DNA of 64,000 nt from Octopus vulgaris (lineage: Eukaryota), in contig OX597818.1 of the NCBI GenBank assembly GCA_951406725.2, positions 63,488,001 to 63,552,000 of the forward strand, read 5' to 3'. Positions 1 through 14,259 of this stretch are shown one piece after another. The position numbers and the translations under genes were made by a program. Below the pieces are notes generated by a model. The model was given only the letters and a program-made list of their open reading frames with translations, was not told where the DNA came from and did no database searches. Position 1 is the stretch's first letter; every line of letters starts with the position of its first letter.

Positions 1-93
1 GTGAAATTTCGAAACTGTGTTCTGATTCCTAAATTATTTTTTGGATATTATTATCATTATCGTCATCCTCCTCCTCATCATCATCATGATCAC

Positions 94-168
<75 letters not shown>

Positions 169-260
169 TATTATTATTATTCAGGTGACTGCCTGGAATC
201 AAACTCGGATTCTTGGCGTTAGTAGCCCGCGTTCTTAACCCCTACGCCATATGGCCATGG
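1..260 (-). mobile_element. SINE family A (tRNA-like head + (AAT)n + tail), truncated by window start
   Basis: Reverse complement of 182-260 gives a tRNA-like head (TGGCGTAGGGG A-box, GAGTTTGATTCC B-box-like). 1-48 matches the start of the tail seen at 4719 and 33987. (TAT/CAT)n lies between them. Confidence 0.8.
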
Positions 261-264
261 GATA

Positions 265-556
265 ACACCTCTAAAGTTACCCTCCCAGACACAAATCTGG
301 ACAAGTCAGTTTATGAAAAACAAGCAGTCATCCAAACATACCACTCTCCCCTCTCCACGCAACCAAAAGTATCCAAGTAAAGAAAAAGACCGATGCAGCT
401 TCGTACTCGTGAAGTGGCAACTCATTTCTACAGTTGAGTGAACTAAGACAACGTGAATTGGAGTGCCTTGCTCAAGAACTCAACGCACAGCCCGTTACGG
501 GAATCGACCGCTCTATCTCATGATCGTGAATCCGACGCTGTAAACACTGAGCCATC
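265..556 (-). mobile_element. Degenerate tRNA-derived CORE-type SINE (family E)
   Basis: Minus strand has a tRNA-like head followed by TTGAGCAAGGCACT...TTCACGTTG...CTGTAGAAATGAGTTGC. A related copy lies near 17120-17240. Confidence 0.55.
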
Positions 557-594
557 TAATTCGCGCAAATGCGTAATAATGATTACAAAATGTT

Positions 595-1018
595 TATTTC
601 TTTATAGCTCACCGGGGGCTAAATGTAGAGGGGACAAACAAAGATAGACGAAGGGATTAAGTCGATTACATCGACCCCCCCCCACTCAGTGCGAAACTGG
701 TACTTATTTAATTGACCCCGAAATTATAAAAGGTAAAGTCAACCACGGTGGAATTTGAACTCAGAACGTAAAGGCAGACGAAATACCTATTTCTTTACTA
801 CCCGCAAGGTCCTAAACACAGAGAGAACAAACAAGGACAGACAAACGGATTAAGTCGATTATATCGACCCCAGTGCGTAACAAGTACTTAATTTATCAAC
901 TCTGAAAGGATGAAAGGCAAAGTCGACCTCGGCGGAATTTGAACTCAGAGCGTAACTGCAGGCGAAATACCGCTTAGAATTTCGCCCGGCCTGCTAACGA
1001 TTCTGCCAGTTAGCCGCC
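595..1018 (-). mobile_element. Two tandem CORE-type tRNA SINEs (family B)
   Basis: Both copies contain the reverse complement of GAGTTCAAATTCCGCCGAGGTCGACTTTGCCTTTCATCC. The same family recurs at 29987, 34327, 34558, 36720 and 56825. Confidence 0.85.
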
Positions 1019-1856
1019 ATCATGTTTGCAAAATATCAGATAATTCAAGTGCATCAATAAATCTGTACTTGTTTATCAACAGGTTATTATTAATCCATAA
1101 CTGTTTGGCATGGGGAAATTGTGTGAGGGCACGATCAATGGATTTTAACCCTGTTAAGGCATCATTAATTGTGAAATTGTCAAGCAGGAGGACACTGTAG
1201 AAGAAGCATGGCCGTTCTGCAGATATATTCCTCTCTTTTTAAAAACATTCTGATTTCAAAGCGAATCGAACACTGACCGCGTAACTTAAGAAGAAACGTG
1301 TTTATGGAGAAAATCTTTTTCCAGAAACTACTTTTTTAAATCCTAAACTGTTTTAAGTTGTTACCTTTAAGATGTACTCGGGTTTATATACATTGGCCTA
1401 TTTGAGATGGTAGGAACCTGTCTGATGGATAATGCGGAACACTTAGGGCCACTTCATAGGCAGAAAAAAACAACCGTTTCTTGATATAGAATGTGTGCTG
1501 ACAGCGTATTTGAAAATCCATTTTATATTTTCAATTGCCGTTTATCGATGTATCGACTAAAACAGAATCGTTATTTCGTAAATAATTTGCAGCATTGAAA
1601 ATAGAATTTTTATTTTCGTAAACTATGACAATATATAGGTACTTTCCAAGAAATATACTTTGAATCAATAACTCGTTCATTTTATAGTTTAACCTTTATT
1701 TGTCAGCAAAGGTTTTGTTTACTGTCTAACGAAGATGCGTTTTATGTTTGGGATTACGAGAAATCTCTGCTTAAAAGACGGATTACGATTTGACAATGTT
1801 CGGGAAACATTTTGCGATCGAATTTTCCATTACAGCACATAATTCTATCTCAGTTA

Positions 1857-1980
1857 TAACTCTTATAAGTAACTCTTCTATAATGGCTAAACTCTTATAT
1901 AATGGCTAAACTCTTATATAATGGCTAAACTCTTATATAATGGCTAAATAACTCTTACATAATGGTTAAATGCTAAATAA
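1857..1980. repeat. 19-bp minisatellite (AACTCTTATATAATGGCTA), about 6 copies
   Basis: Direct tandem units are visible, degenerate at both ends. Confidence 0.9.
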
Positions 1981-3379
1981 TTACTAAATTAAAGCATTCA
2001 GATAAATTGATGCATCTGCCGTTTTATTCAAATACTGCGCAGAATTGTTGTTTTATCCATTGCCAAAATATCTCTACGCTCAACTGTTCCTCCAATGACA
2101 CTGTCATCCTACACTGTGTATTCCTTTTATATTCAATTTCTTGTAATAATGGACGACGAAGCTGTCACTATATAGAATTGTGAACACTATATCCTATCCC
2201 CGGCAACGTATAAAATATTTATCTTAACGTCATATAATTATAATTCACATTTATATTAACAATATTGTATATTTCAACTTCATCAGTATTTGAGCAGGAT
2301 GGGTATAATCCATATTACTGGAGTTCAGTCTAAATTATTAGATTATAACTGACATAACCCTGCACCCGGGTTACAAATAATTCTTATATTGTACTGAAAA
2401 TCAAAATGATATTTAAATGTTGGTTTCGCATTTTAGCACAATTTGGGGGATTTAATCGACTTACACTCTCCCTTGAAATTGCTGGTCTTGTGTTAATACT
2501 GGAAACCAGCGGTATTTGATGCTATGAATTATATCATCAGCGATCGCTGTCCAAACATTAAAACATAAACAACTTTATTTACATAGTATTTGCTCTACAC
2601 GATGTATATTCTACCTTTAAAAAATCACTAATATCTACACAATTATGTTTCTCAGTTCAAAGTAAAGCGAAATACACCAGATGTTGCGGTGTAATACAAT
2701 GCTTTGATGCATCATATTTGATAGATAATTATTATAATCAGTATGCTGTTGATATATTTGGTTCGGTTTGATTTATTCGTCTAATTTAATGACATCCGTT
2801 TAATGAGATTATTCATGAATTTTTAAATAAATATCTTTATAATAATTTCTCACTGTTGATATAGTGTGTTCTAAATAAGTCCTAAAACAATCTTCTTGGT
2901 TAATGTGTAGGTGTTATGCATTTCCATATGCATAAAGTTGGATACATCGTTGCCACACAAAAATGAGTAACATTTTTTTGTATAGCTTAACGAAAGAATT
3001 TTCAAAGCAAAAATAATAAATAAATACATATATAATATATATATATATATATATATCAATAAATGATGTAATTTTAAATGCTAATGTGATATCAGTACTA
3101 AAATAGTTTTGTTCGTTTAAATGCATTAAAATAATTTTGCTATATTCCACTTTATATTTCCAAAAGATAATAAAAATCAAGACTGTCATTTCTGGATAAA
3201 CTTTTAATTGCCGTATCATTAATGATTATATGCATTGGCTAGCAATTACCATGAGAGACAATAAAGTTATTTCACAAAAAAGTTTTCTCCTCAAGACCTG
3301 GATTGATATACATTATCACATGGCTACCTTATTATTAAATAATAATCCTTCAGATTAACTTGTAAGGCCATATGTGTTA

Positions 3380-3471
3380 CAGTTCTATATTTAAGAGATG
3401 AGGAATTATATACATTGTTTACATTATTTACATTTGACGGATATTTGTCCCATGTAAAATATGTAAATAAT
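3380..3471 (-). mobile_element. 5'-truncated family A tail insertion with 14-bp target-site duplication
   Basis: Matches the 3' end of family A (CTCTTAAATATAGAACTG). Flanked by GGCCATATGTGTTA at 3366-3379 and 3472-3485. Confidence 0.8.
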
Positions 3472-3564
3472 GGCCATATGTGTTATGTGATTTTAATCAT
3501 TTTTACGTCCAATGGTTTCACACAAATGACATATAATGAAGCAAGTCTGGAACTATTATTAAGG

Positions 3565-4647
3565 TCATTTCGCCATACTTTTTCCAAGCAATCGCTCAAC
3601 ATTCGATGCAATTCCTGACAGTTTCATACACTCCATAATCCTAGAATGCGGGATCATATCGTACCCTTTACGATAGTCGATCCATGACAAGGCTAAGTTA
3701 CTTTTCCTCCTCTTGCAGTCTCTGAGTACAGTTTTGTCTATCAGGAGTTGATCCTTGGTCCCTCTGCTCCTACGCTTGCAACCCTTCTGCTCATGTGGCA
3801 GGACTCCATTTTTTCTAGATGTTCGTACATTGATGCTGAGAGTGTTCCACTCACTAACTTCCACATAAGTGGCAAACAGGATATTGGCCCGTAAATGTCT
3901 ACTGGATTGCCTTTTCGATGTTTTTCAGGCACAGCACTGTCCTACCCAATGTCAACCACACTGGTGTTACTTGGTCGGCATTTAACAAGGTGTTGAGTTG
4001 CGCAGCTATTCGTGTCTGTCATTCACCAAATCTTTTGATCCAGTAGCCTTGAACTGCATCTGGTCCCGGGTCCTTCCAGTTGCTCATTTGTTTGCTGATT
4101 TCCTTCACTTCACTAACTGAAATAACAAGTTCTGCCTGTTTTGTACAGACTACTGTTTGTTTCAGTTCTTGCAACCATTCAGCATCCTTCTTGTGTGCTT
4201 TGTCTTTGCTCCAGTTGTCACTCCAAAACCTTTGACTTTCAATGTTATCTGGTAGTAAATTTTCATCTGTACATCCTCCATTTAATTATTTATAGAACCT
4301 CCTCTGATCTATTCTGAATAACCCATTCTGGTGGTAACACTTCATTCTTTAGTCGTATCTCACCATCTTTGCTTTCTTTGCAACAAAGAGCCGTTTCAGT
4401 TCCTTCATTACTAATTTCAGGCCCCTTCTTTCAATATTATACTTCCTTTACAGCGCCCTGTATTTTTGTTTGCTTTTAAGCTTCCCTTTCTCTTTTCGGT
4501 CTAACACAGAGAATTCCTTCGAGTGCATTCTAACCCTGCCAGGATTCTTCATTTCCACAATGGATCTTTTCTTTTGTCGCTCCCATTACGTTTCTTTTTC
4601 TTGACATTGACAAACACATTTTCATTTTCTTTGTGAACATGTGGGTG

Positions 4648-4648
<1 letters not shown>
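3565..4648 (-). mobile_element. R4/Dong-clade non-LTR retrotransposon fragment (RT N-terminal half, frameshifted)
   Basis: Peptides [29 protein letters not shown] and [20 protein letters not shown]...[14 protein letters not shown] are typical of R4-clade RT. It abuts (AAT)n, the known Dong target repeat. Confidence 0.85.
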
Positions 4649-4705
<57 letters not shown>

Positions 4706-4718
4706 GTTTTATTATTAT

Positions 4719-4905
4719 TAACATCCCAAAAATACCTTAGGAATGAGAATCCAGGTTCAAAATTTTCCCAAGCCACCTGACGAAGGCTGGAGGGTGTATC
4801 AGCCGAAACGTTGTGTTAACAACAAACAAGAAGGTCACGTATATCAGTCAGATGTAAATAATGTAAATAAAGTACGTAATTCATCATCTCTTAAATAGAG
4901 AACTG
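4719..4905 (+). mobile_element. Family A tail with hammerhead
   Basis: Aligns with 33987-34162 and ends in ...CTCTTAAATAGAGAACTG. Confidence 0.85.
4772..4817 (+). ncRNA. Minimal type I hammerhead ribozyme motif (family A)
   Basis: gcCAC-CUGACGA-A-GGCUG(GAGGGUGUAU)CAGCC-GAAAC-GUU-GUGuu. Core intact, helix II 5-6 bp, palindromic helix III AACGUU. Confidence 0.75.
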
Positions 4906-5035
4906 TAAAGATTTTAAAATATGCAAACCGATCTTTAAAATGTACACCATGATAAATATAAGCCTTGTAGACGAATGCGGCAAAATACACTACAATTCTC
5001 ACTACAGCGTGAGGAAAATAGGGTGGAGCAAGTAA

Positions 5036-5210
<175 letters not shown>

Positions 5211-5710
5211 CTTAGCAGTGTTTAAATTTAACTACAATTAATATTAAAGACATTATTGAGTCAAGTGCGAAATATTTTACAGCTGCTCTCGCTCGGCGAG
5301 ACGCCATATTACGTATGTAGTCACTTTCTGTATTTAACCCCCACCCCAATCTCTTCCAGAGCAAAAATACCCAAAAACACACCAACCAACAAGCAGGTAG
5401 ACAGACAGATACACACGCACAAGCAAACGCAATCACACACAAACACACACAGATACACACAAATACACACGGTGAAACACTTATACTAGCTCAGACAACC
5501 TCTCGCAATTAAGGCGAGTGTGTATATCCGCGTTCATATTCATCAGGTTTATATGTAATCACACGCACACGCGAGCACACACGCGCACAAACGCACCATC
5601 ATAAACACATACGCATACACATGCAGACATATATACGGAAGCACACACACACACACATATAAGTATATACAGACATGTATATATATATATATAAATATAT
5701 ATATACATAC

Positions 5711-5844
<134 letters not shown>

Positions 5845-6744
5845 ATATGTATACAGACATGTATATAAATATATATATATATACACGCATGCATATAAGT
5901 GTATATGTAAATATATATGAATGCAGATATAAATATACATAGGTATACATATATATCTATATATGTACATATGTATGTATGTAAATGTGTGCGCGTGAGT
6001 TTCTGCATGTCTGTGTGCGTGTTTATGTTTGTGTGTGTGTGAGTGAATGTCTAAGGTGCAGGGGAGTAGTATGGTTATTTTTTTTCTTGCCAGCAAAGAA
6101 AATGTGTTTAAATATGTCTCTGAATATTTATAATGAAGGTGTAGGCACATCAAAGACAAACAAATATAATCTATATTTTATGGAGCAAAATGATTTCCTC
6201 CAGATCTCTAAAACTGATGATTAAACATATTTAAAATCGAAGCCAGTTCCAAATTCCTTAGAACTCTATGCAAAACGCTATGAATTAATTTTAACACTTC
6301 TTTTCGATTCTTCATTTCTTCTTTTTTCTTTAACGGATATATGATATATTCAATTGAACAGATCGAATTTACGTTGGCTACTTTAATCACGGTATGTAAT
6401 AATATATATCGACCTATATTATCTTGGTTATTGATTGATAAAAATATAGTGAAGTTTATAGATTCACACATTTCTCGTGAACATCATGATCGATTAGTAG
6501 AGACTCATAACTCATAGTATCTAACAGGACATTCGTGTACAATCCATTATAAATCGATGCAATTTTGTAGTATTCGTTATCGATTAGTTTTAGCTAGCAG
6601 CACACGATATTGATTGCTACAGTTTGTCAATAATGGCGACCATCAGTAGATTTTGATGGTTTAGCCAATTGTTGTTGTGAATTTCGCTTTCATGTATTGC
6701 TGGCTTATGTCCTCCGGCAATGAAACGGCGTTATGTCACTTGTG

Positions 6745-7113
<369 letters not shown>

Positions 7114-7198
7114 TATATGTCTGTATATATATATATATAATAAGATATACAAGTATTAATATATATATGTATGTATATATATATATTATATATATATT

Positions 7199-7249
<51 letters not shown>

Positions 7250-7267
7250 AATGCATCTGCGTCTATA

Positions 7268-7309
<42 letters not shown>

Positions 7310-7506
7310 TGATAGATATATAGGTAGATAAATAGCTAGGTAGATGCAGAGATATATGCAAAGATTAACTAGATAGGTAGATAGATAGATCAATAGATAG
7401 ATAGATAAATACCTAGATATATATATATATATAGATAGATAGATTGATAGATAGATAGATAGATAGATAGAGAGAGAGATATATAGATAGATAGATTGAT
7501 AGATAT

Positions 7507-7560
<54 letters not shown>
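7310..7560. repeat. (GATA)n microsatellite
   Basis: Direct observation. Confidence 0.9.
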
Positions 7561-7958
7561 GAAAGAAGAGGGAGAAATAAGTGTAAAAATACCAGAAATC
7601 TGCATGTAATATTTAATATTACGTCCGATTCAGATGAAAGGGTAACATAATTTCATACCCTGGAGTAAAAGTCCTTGATTTATGAAGTGCAGCGTAATAA
7701 ATAACTATTCTCGTGTTTCCAATCAGTTTACTTGCCATTGATGGCTTATGTAGTCATCTTTAAATAACATATTAAATCCTTGGCATAAAAGCTTTGATAA
7801 AACATATCGTTGAGTACAGTTCATGTTGATTACGGCAAAATAATGCAACGTATGTAAGATGTATAAAAACAACATTAGCATTTGAAGTGTTTTCTTGCAC
7901 TTAAATACATATGACTGCCGAAATCATAAACACACATACACACACATATATATATAAA

Positions 7959-7992
<34 letters not shown>

Positions 7993-8023
7993 CATACATA
8001 TATATATATATGTATATATGTAT

Positions 8024-8175
<152 letters not shown>

Positions 8176-8659
8176 CAAAACAAAGAAATGCAGAGGATAT
8201 CAACTCGACAAATATCCTCTCCATTTTATTATTTGACTTATAAATCCTGGGTGAATTTCCAATTTACCCCCAACCATACCTAGTATTAATTGCACCATTG
8301 CCATGGAATTGTAAGCACCAGGTTAAAAATACGTAGGTATACATCTAGTAATATATTGGATATTCAATATCAATTCATACACACGCACACATATATATAT
8401 ATACATATGTATACATATATATATATACATATAGATAGATATGTACTTTATTATTGTTATGATTATTATCATTATATGAATAAATAAAATAATATATAGA
8501 GAGATAATTAATAAATTGGTATTTATTAATTAAATAATTAACAGGTACATAATTATTATCTCTCTATTTTCTTATCTTATTTAAATAAAAATATATAAAC
8601 CACGGTTTATATAGTTCCCTTACAGATGAATATTAATCGTAATTTTCAACATTCTTTGA

Positions 8660-9330
8660 ACAGATAACTAACCAGTATTTTCTTTTGATTTCACTATCTG
8701 CTAATACGGTTTGCAACCGTTATTTGAACTATTATTAATTTACAACTTCTTCCCAACGTTCAACAAGATTTTCAATACCTCGTTTGTAGAAATCACCTGA
8801 TTTCGCCTCGAAAAATTGATCCAACCAAGCTCTCAATTCTGCATCACGATTGAACGAAACTCCGTCGTGGTTGCATTTGAAAGAGATTGAAAGCGGTGGA
8901 AATCCTTTGGTACCAAATCAGGGGAGTACAGCGGTTATGGCAGCACTTCCCAGATTGAATGGCTTCCTTCGTCATATTGGCGATATGAGGGCGGGCGTTG
9001 TCGTGCAGCAAAACTCTATGCTGCCGATTAGGTATTTTCCCTTGAATAGCTGTGTTGAGTCGTTCCATCTGTTGAACTTAGAGTTCCGCGTTGACCCTTC
9101 GGTACCGTTCAAGCAATTTGTATTGGATAATCCCTTCCCTATCTCACCATACGCACAACATCGTTTTACGCGGATGAAGATCGTGTTTCACGTGCGGTGT
9201 CGCCTGTTTACGGGGGCTAAGCCATTCCTTACGCTGCTTGATATTGATGTACAGACACCATTTTTCGTCGCCAGTAACGATTCGTTGCTTGTGTCCATGT
9301 GTTGAGCGGTGACGAGCAAGCAAACCAGCG
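8660..9330 (-). mobile_element. Mariner (Tc1/mariner DD34D-type) transposase remnant, catalytic half
   Basis: Minus-strand peptides RIVTGDEKWCLY, LLHDNARPHIA and DFYKRGIENLVERWEEVV, with frameshifts and stops. Confidence 0.9.
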
Positions 9331-9656
9331 GAGAATGTGGATCGATGATTTTTGTTGTTGTCACTTAAAGCATGCGAGGAGAAGGAGGAGGAGGAATCGA
9401 TATCACTTTTGTATTGGAAAATTGGTTCATGGCAGCAGAGTTTCTATCCAAGTCGGAAATTGTTGCCAAATGATTTATCTATTCCAGCTTCGGTAGGATT
9501 TCACGTATAAAATATATATATAAAATAATGGTACACTAAACAACATTTCAAATAATCCTATTCGAGATATTATAATCTTTCACTTCGTTCAGTCATTAGA
9601 CGACGGCCACGCTGGGGCACCACCTTCAAGAGTTTTTAGTCGAATCGATCCCAGTG

Positions 9657-9728
<72 letters not shown>

Positions 9729-9733
<5 letters not shown>

Positions 9734-10034
9734 ATGATCACGTGACCGACCAGGCTATCAGATGTTGCTACAAATCGCTAGTCGCAATGCTCTTCCCATT
9801 GATTTATCCTTCAAATGAAGCCACCCAGCTAGCTAAGCGAGCAGGCATACAGAAGAAAGAGTGAGAGAAAGTTGTGGCGAAGGAGCACAGCAGGGATCAC
9901 CCCCCCCCTGCGGAGCGTCGTCGAGCTTTAGGTGCTTTCGCTCAATAAACAGTCACAACACCCGGTCTGGGAATCGAAACTGCGATCCTACGACCGCGAG
10001 TCCGCTGCCCGAACCACTGGGCCATTGAGCCTCC
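9729..10034 (-). mobile_element. tRNA-derived SINE family C, tail type 1
   Basis: Head GGAGGCTCAATGGCCCAGTGG...TTCGATTCCCAGACC is shared with 22340, 30351 and 56481. The tail ends GTCACGTGAT at (TA)n. Confidence 0.85.
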
Positions 10035-10166
10035 ATACACATATATATATACATGATTTTTCTGATTTTTCAAATCTTTTATATGTTAGGCTACTGGTTT
10101 TAAATTGATATTAATTAAATTAATATTCCATTTATCTCCCTCAGTATTTAAATATAATACACATAG

Positions 10167-10287
<121 letters not shown>

Positions 10288-10382
10288 TATATATACAAAT
10301 ATTATCGAATATATTTTGTCGCTAGATAAGGAGATCAAAACACTACAACTCCGGCTATTGAGAGGTGGTGGGTACAAACACA

Positions 10383-10464
<82 letters not shown>

Positions 10465-11089
10465 ACACACACATACATATGTATATGCCGGTCGTCTTCA
10501 GTTTTCCCCACAATGGGTTCGTCGGCCCGAGCCGGGGAACCGAACCTAGAATCATATGGTTGGGAAGAAAGTTGCCTAACACATAGTCATGCCTACGTCT
10601 TTAAAGAATGTCCATGTAATTTTCAGACATGTGATTTAAAACTTCCTGTATATTATGGAAGTTATGTCAACGTAAAATATTTCTTTAATTTTACAGAAAT
10701 CGGAATTAATATATTGATACTACCAACTAGAAGGTTCCTGTCCACTAAGAGACCTACAATTTCAGTACAGATCTTAATTGATAACATTCTATACGTAAAG
10801 ATATTGTTATTCTAATAGTATACATAATAGAAATACTTAGACATGGCAAAGCTAAATGTGCGCATTAGATGGAACGACGTTCCGAATGCAATTCTGTATC
10901 TTAGTACTTTGCTATAAATAGACGAATATCATTAAATACATTTAATCTCGGATTACTTTCACAAACTTACAAATATGTATGTCGATAAAGGTGGAGCAAA
11001 TAAAACTACAGACGCGTATGACAGATATACAGATATAAGTATGTATATGTATATATATATGTGTACATGTGTGTTTGTGTTTGTTCTAT

Positions 11090-11386
11090 TATTTCTTCGT
11101 TTCAGTTATCTGACTGCGGCCATGCTGGCGCACAGCTTTTAGTCGAACAATTCGACCCCCAGGACTTATTGTATCGGTCTCTTTTGCCAGTTGTCAGGCG
11201 ACGGTTGGGGACAAACACAGGCACACAAACGTATACATACATACATACATACACACACACACAAACATATATATGTACGGATTTCTTTCAGTTTCCATCA
11301 AGCAAATCTAGTGAAAAGGCTTTGGTCAGCATGAGGCCTATATTTGAAGACACTTGCCTAAGGTGCAACGGAATGGGACTGAACCT
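11090..11386 (-). mobile_element. tRNA-derived SINE family D
   Basis: Matches 12392-13110 and 26151-26528 (TTGGGCAAGTGTCTTC...CCAAAGCC...GGAAACTGAAAGAA; tail CCAGCATGGCCGCAG). Further partial copies near 10350-10595, 28630-28850, 35770-35970 and 45600-45655. Confidence 0.75.
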
Positions 11387-11745
11387 GGATATATATATAT
11401 ATGTATATGTGTGTGTGTGCATATATATATATATATATAGACATATAAACATATATATATTGTATACATATATATGTATATATACACACATGCACACACA
11501 CACACATATGTCTGTGTGTGCACTGAGAGAGGGAGAAAGAGAGAGGGAAGGAGACTGTTGTACGAGGATGTGCCTGTGTGCGGATGTAAAGACACGTGGG
11601 CGATTCCGTTTTGAATATACCACTGAAGAATATTCCATCCATTCAAAAGACTTTAACCAATAACAACCGGATTTGTTCACCTTTTGTTGCCATGAACCAA
11701 TGTTCCTAGACAAAAATAATATCGACTCTTTCTCCTCCTCCTCCT

Positions 11746-11750
11746 ACTAT

Positions 11751-11797
<47 letters not shown>

Positions 11798-11932
11798 ATG
11801 TTGGTACTGGTGCCACTGCTGCTACTACTACTACTACTACTACTACTACTAATGTTGGTACTGGTGCCACTGCTGCTGCTACTACTACTACTACTACTAC
11901 TACTAATGTTGGTACTGGTGCCACTGCTGCTG

Positions 11933-11965
<33 letters not shown>

Positions 11966-11986
11966 ATGTTGGTACTGGTGCCACTG

Positions 11987-12035
<49 letters not shown>
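11746..12035. repeat. (ACT)n tract containing four copies of AATGTTGGTACTGGTGCCACTGCT
   Basis: Units start at 11797, 11851, 11905 and 11965. Confidence 0.9.
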
Positions 12036-12391
12036 TTCTACACAAGCAGATAGTACCATCTGTTAAAGAATGCAATACTCGTGACTTGTGTTAATTCACG
12101 GGTTTACTACTGCTTCACGTATGTGAGAATTTTGCATGGCCATAGTGATGAATATGATATAGGTGTCATACATCGGAATTTGTAGCCAGAATCAAACTTA
12201 AGTCAAAATAATTCCATATTGGACCTTCGTATTGGGGCTTCAGGCATAAGTTTAAAGTGTATGTACGATGAAGCTGTCTTTTCGATGTTCAGAGAGAGGT
12301 TAATGTTGCGCACTACAGGTTTTTGCATGACGCGAAGTTTTTACAGGAGAAGAGCAATTCACGGTAATTGTCAAAAATATAAACACAAACA

Positions 12392-12547
12392 CGTAGCTGT
12401 GTGGTTATAAGCTTGCTTCGCAGTCACATAGCCCCGGGTTCATTTCCACTGCGCGGTACCTTGGGCAAATGTCTTTTACTATAGACTCGGGCCGACCAAA
12501 GCCTTCTGAATGGATGTGTTAGACGGAAACTAAATGAGAAAGAGAAC

Positions 12548-12628
<81 letters not shown>

Positions 12629-12785
12629 TAAAAACGGTAAGATTACAAAACAAAGAAAGAGACCTTAATATTATGTAAATAGAGGAAATTTATCTATAAA
12701 ATAATATGTAACAATTATTCAAGGCCAAGATAAAACTCAGAGGTTTATCTTGGCTATTAAATAATTGTCACATATTATTTTACAG

Positions 12786-12835
<50 letters not shown>

Positions 12836-13110
12836 ATATTTATGTATACATACATATATATATATATATACAAATGTGTGTGTGAGTGCCTTTGTGTTTG
12901 AACCCCCATCACCACTTGACAACCGATGCTGGTGTGTTTACGTCCCCATAATTTAGCAGTTCAGCAAAAAATAGCGATTGAATAAGTACTAGGCTTACAA
13001 AGAATGTCCTAGCATCGTCGATTTCTCCGAGTATAAGCACATTGTGGCGGCGCTCCAGTATGGCCGCAATCATATGAGTGGAACGTGAAGAAGAATAAAG
13101 AAATAAAAGA
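12392..13110 (+). mobile_element. SINE family D with expanded internal microsatellite and nested insertion
   Basis: Head at 12392-12535, tail at 12890-13110. The (TC)(TA)(TATC) middle hosts 12625-12787. Confidence 0.8.
12625..12787 (-). mobile_element. Fold-back copy of hammerhead family F
   Basis: Reverse complement aligns with 63366-63475. Arms 12692-12737 and 12741-12787 are inverted. Confidence 0.75.
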
Positions 13111-13199
13111 ACATATTGCTTGACATGTGTGAGCGTATGTATTTTTCGATTTAAGTATGTATGAATATCTGAATTGGTGTAGCATAACTCTGTGGTATG

Positions 13200-13531
13200 C
13201 ATTATTTACATTTGACGATATTTATCCTCATTTTGTTTGTTGTGAAAACAACGTTTCGGCCTCGGGGAAATTTCGAGTCTGGGTTCTCACTTCCGAGGTA
13301 TTTTTCGATGTTATTGTTATTATTTTCATTATTATTATTATTGAGTGAGAGAGCAGTTCATGCCATCAAAGTGACACTGGGGTAAAATATACGACGCCCA
13401 ATATACCCATCATGACTACCCGTCTGATAAAGGTACACCAGGCACATGCATCACAACCATATGTGCGCGACATGGTGATCTCATATCAAGATAAACAGCA
13501 CATGACCTTGCAGGTATTATTATTATTATCA

Positions 13532-13587
<56 letters not shown>

Positions 13588-14141
13588 GAGTGAGAGAGCA
13601 GTTCATGCCATCAAAGTGACACTGGGGTAAAATATACGAAGCCCAATATACCCATCATGACTACCCGTCTGATAAAGGTACACCAGGCACATGCATCACA
13701 ACCATATGTGCGCGACATGGTGATCTCATATCAAGATAAACAGCACATGACCTTGCAGGTGGGGCCCAGTTAGAATTTTCTTCAGGTCGAGTAGCCCATC
13801 CCGCTCAAAAGGTCCCTGAATAAGGGTTGCTTTAGGATGTTGAACGAAACACCTATGTTTCCAGAGGTGAATTATTCAAACTCCAAAGAATCCCTCTCAA
13901 CACATGGCCATGAGGCTCCCCCACTACTTCTGCTCATGATCAGAGATGCACGTATTGTTAGCCACTAAGGGACATGCTCAACTGGTTAAGGTCAAACAAC
14001 TGACAAGCAAATCTGTGGTATTGAGCAGAATATTTGCTGTAGCCCATCTTTTATACCAAGACAAAACAATGTACATGATAACACTTCCAATCAGTTAAGA
14101 TCAGAAGCCATGAGAGCCACTGCCTGGTACTGCATCAGGGC

Positions 14142-14190
<49 letters not shown>

Positions 14191-14259
14191 GCTTAAGTCA
14201 CTGCTTGGAATCGAACTCCGAATCTTGGGGTTAGTAGCCCGCGCTCTTAATCACTACGC
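13200..14259 (-). mobile_element. SINE family A with nested insertions in its (AAT)n
   Basis: Tail at 13200-13312 keeps only the GAAACGTTG half of the hammerhead. Head at 14195-14259. Confidence 0.8.
13588..14143 (-). mobile_element. Non-coding (AAT)n-inserted element, about 555 bp, plus a near-identical truncated copy at 13343-13515
   Basis: Both copies are flanked by (ATT)n and share the same left end. The 173-bp overlap has one visible mismatch. Confidence 0.75.

Noticed and set aside
8496-8567. 13-bp inverted repeat
   Set aside because: Short, in very AT-rich context, with no second copy in the window.
11797-11990. CRISPR-like repeat-spacer array
   Set aside because: Spacers are (ACT)n, the context is eukaryotic, and there are no cas genes.
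13758-13850. Possible HDV-like ribozyme on the minus strand (ends CUAACUGGG)
   Set aside because: Candidate P1 and P2 pairings exist, but no consistent P3/L3/P4 could be built.
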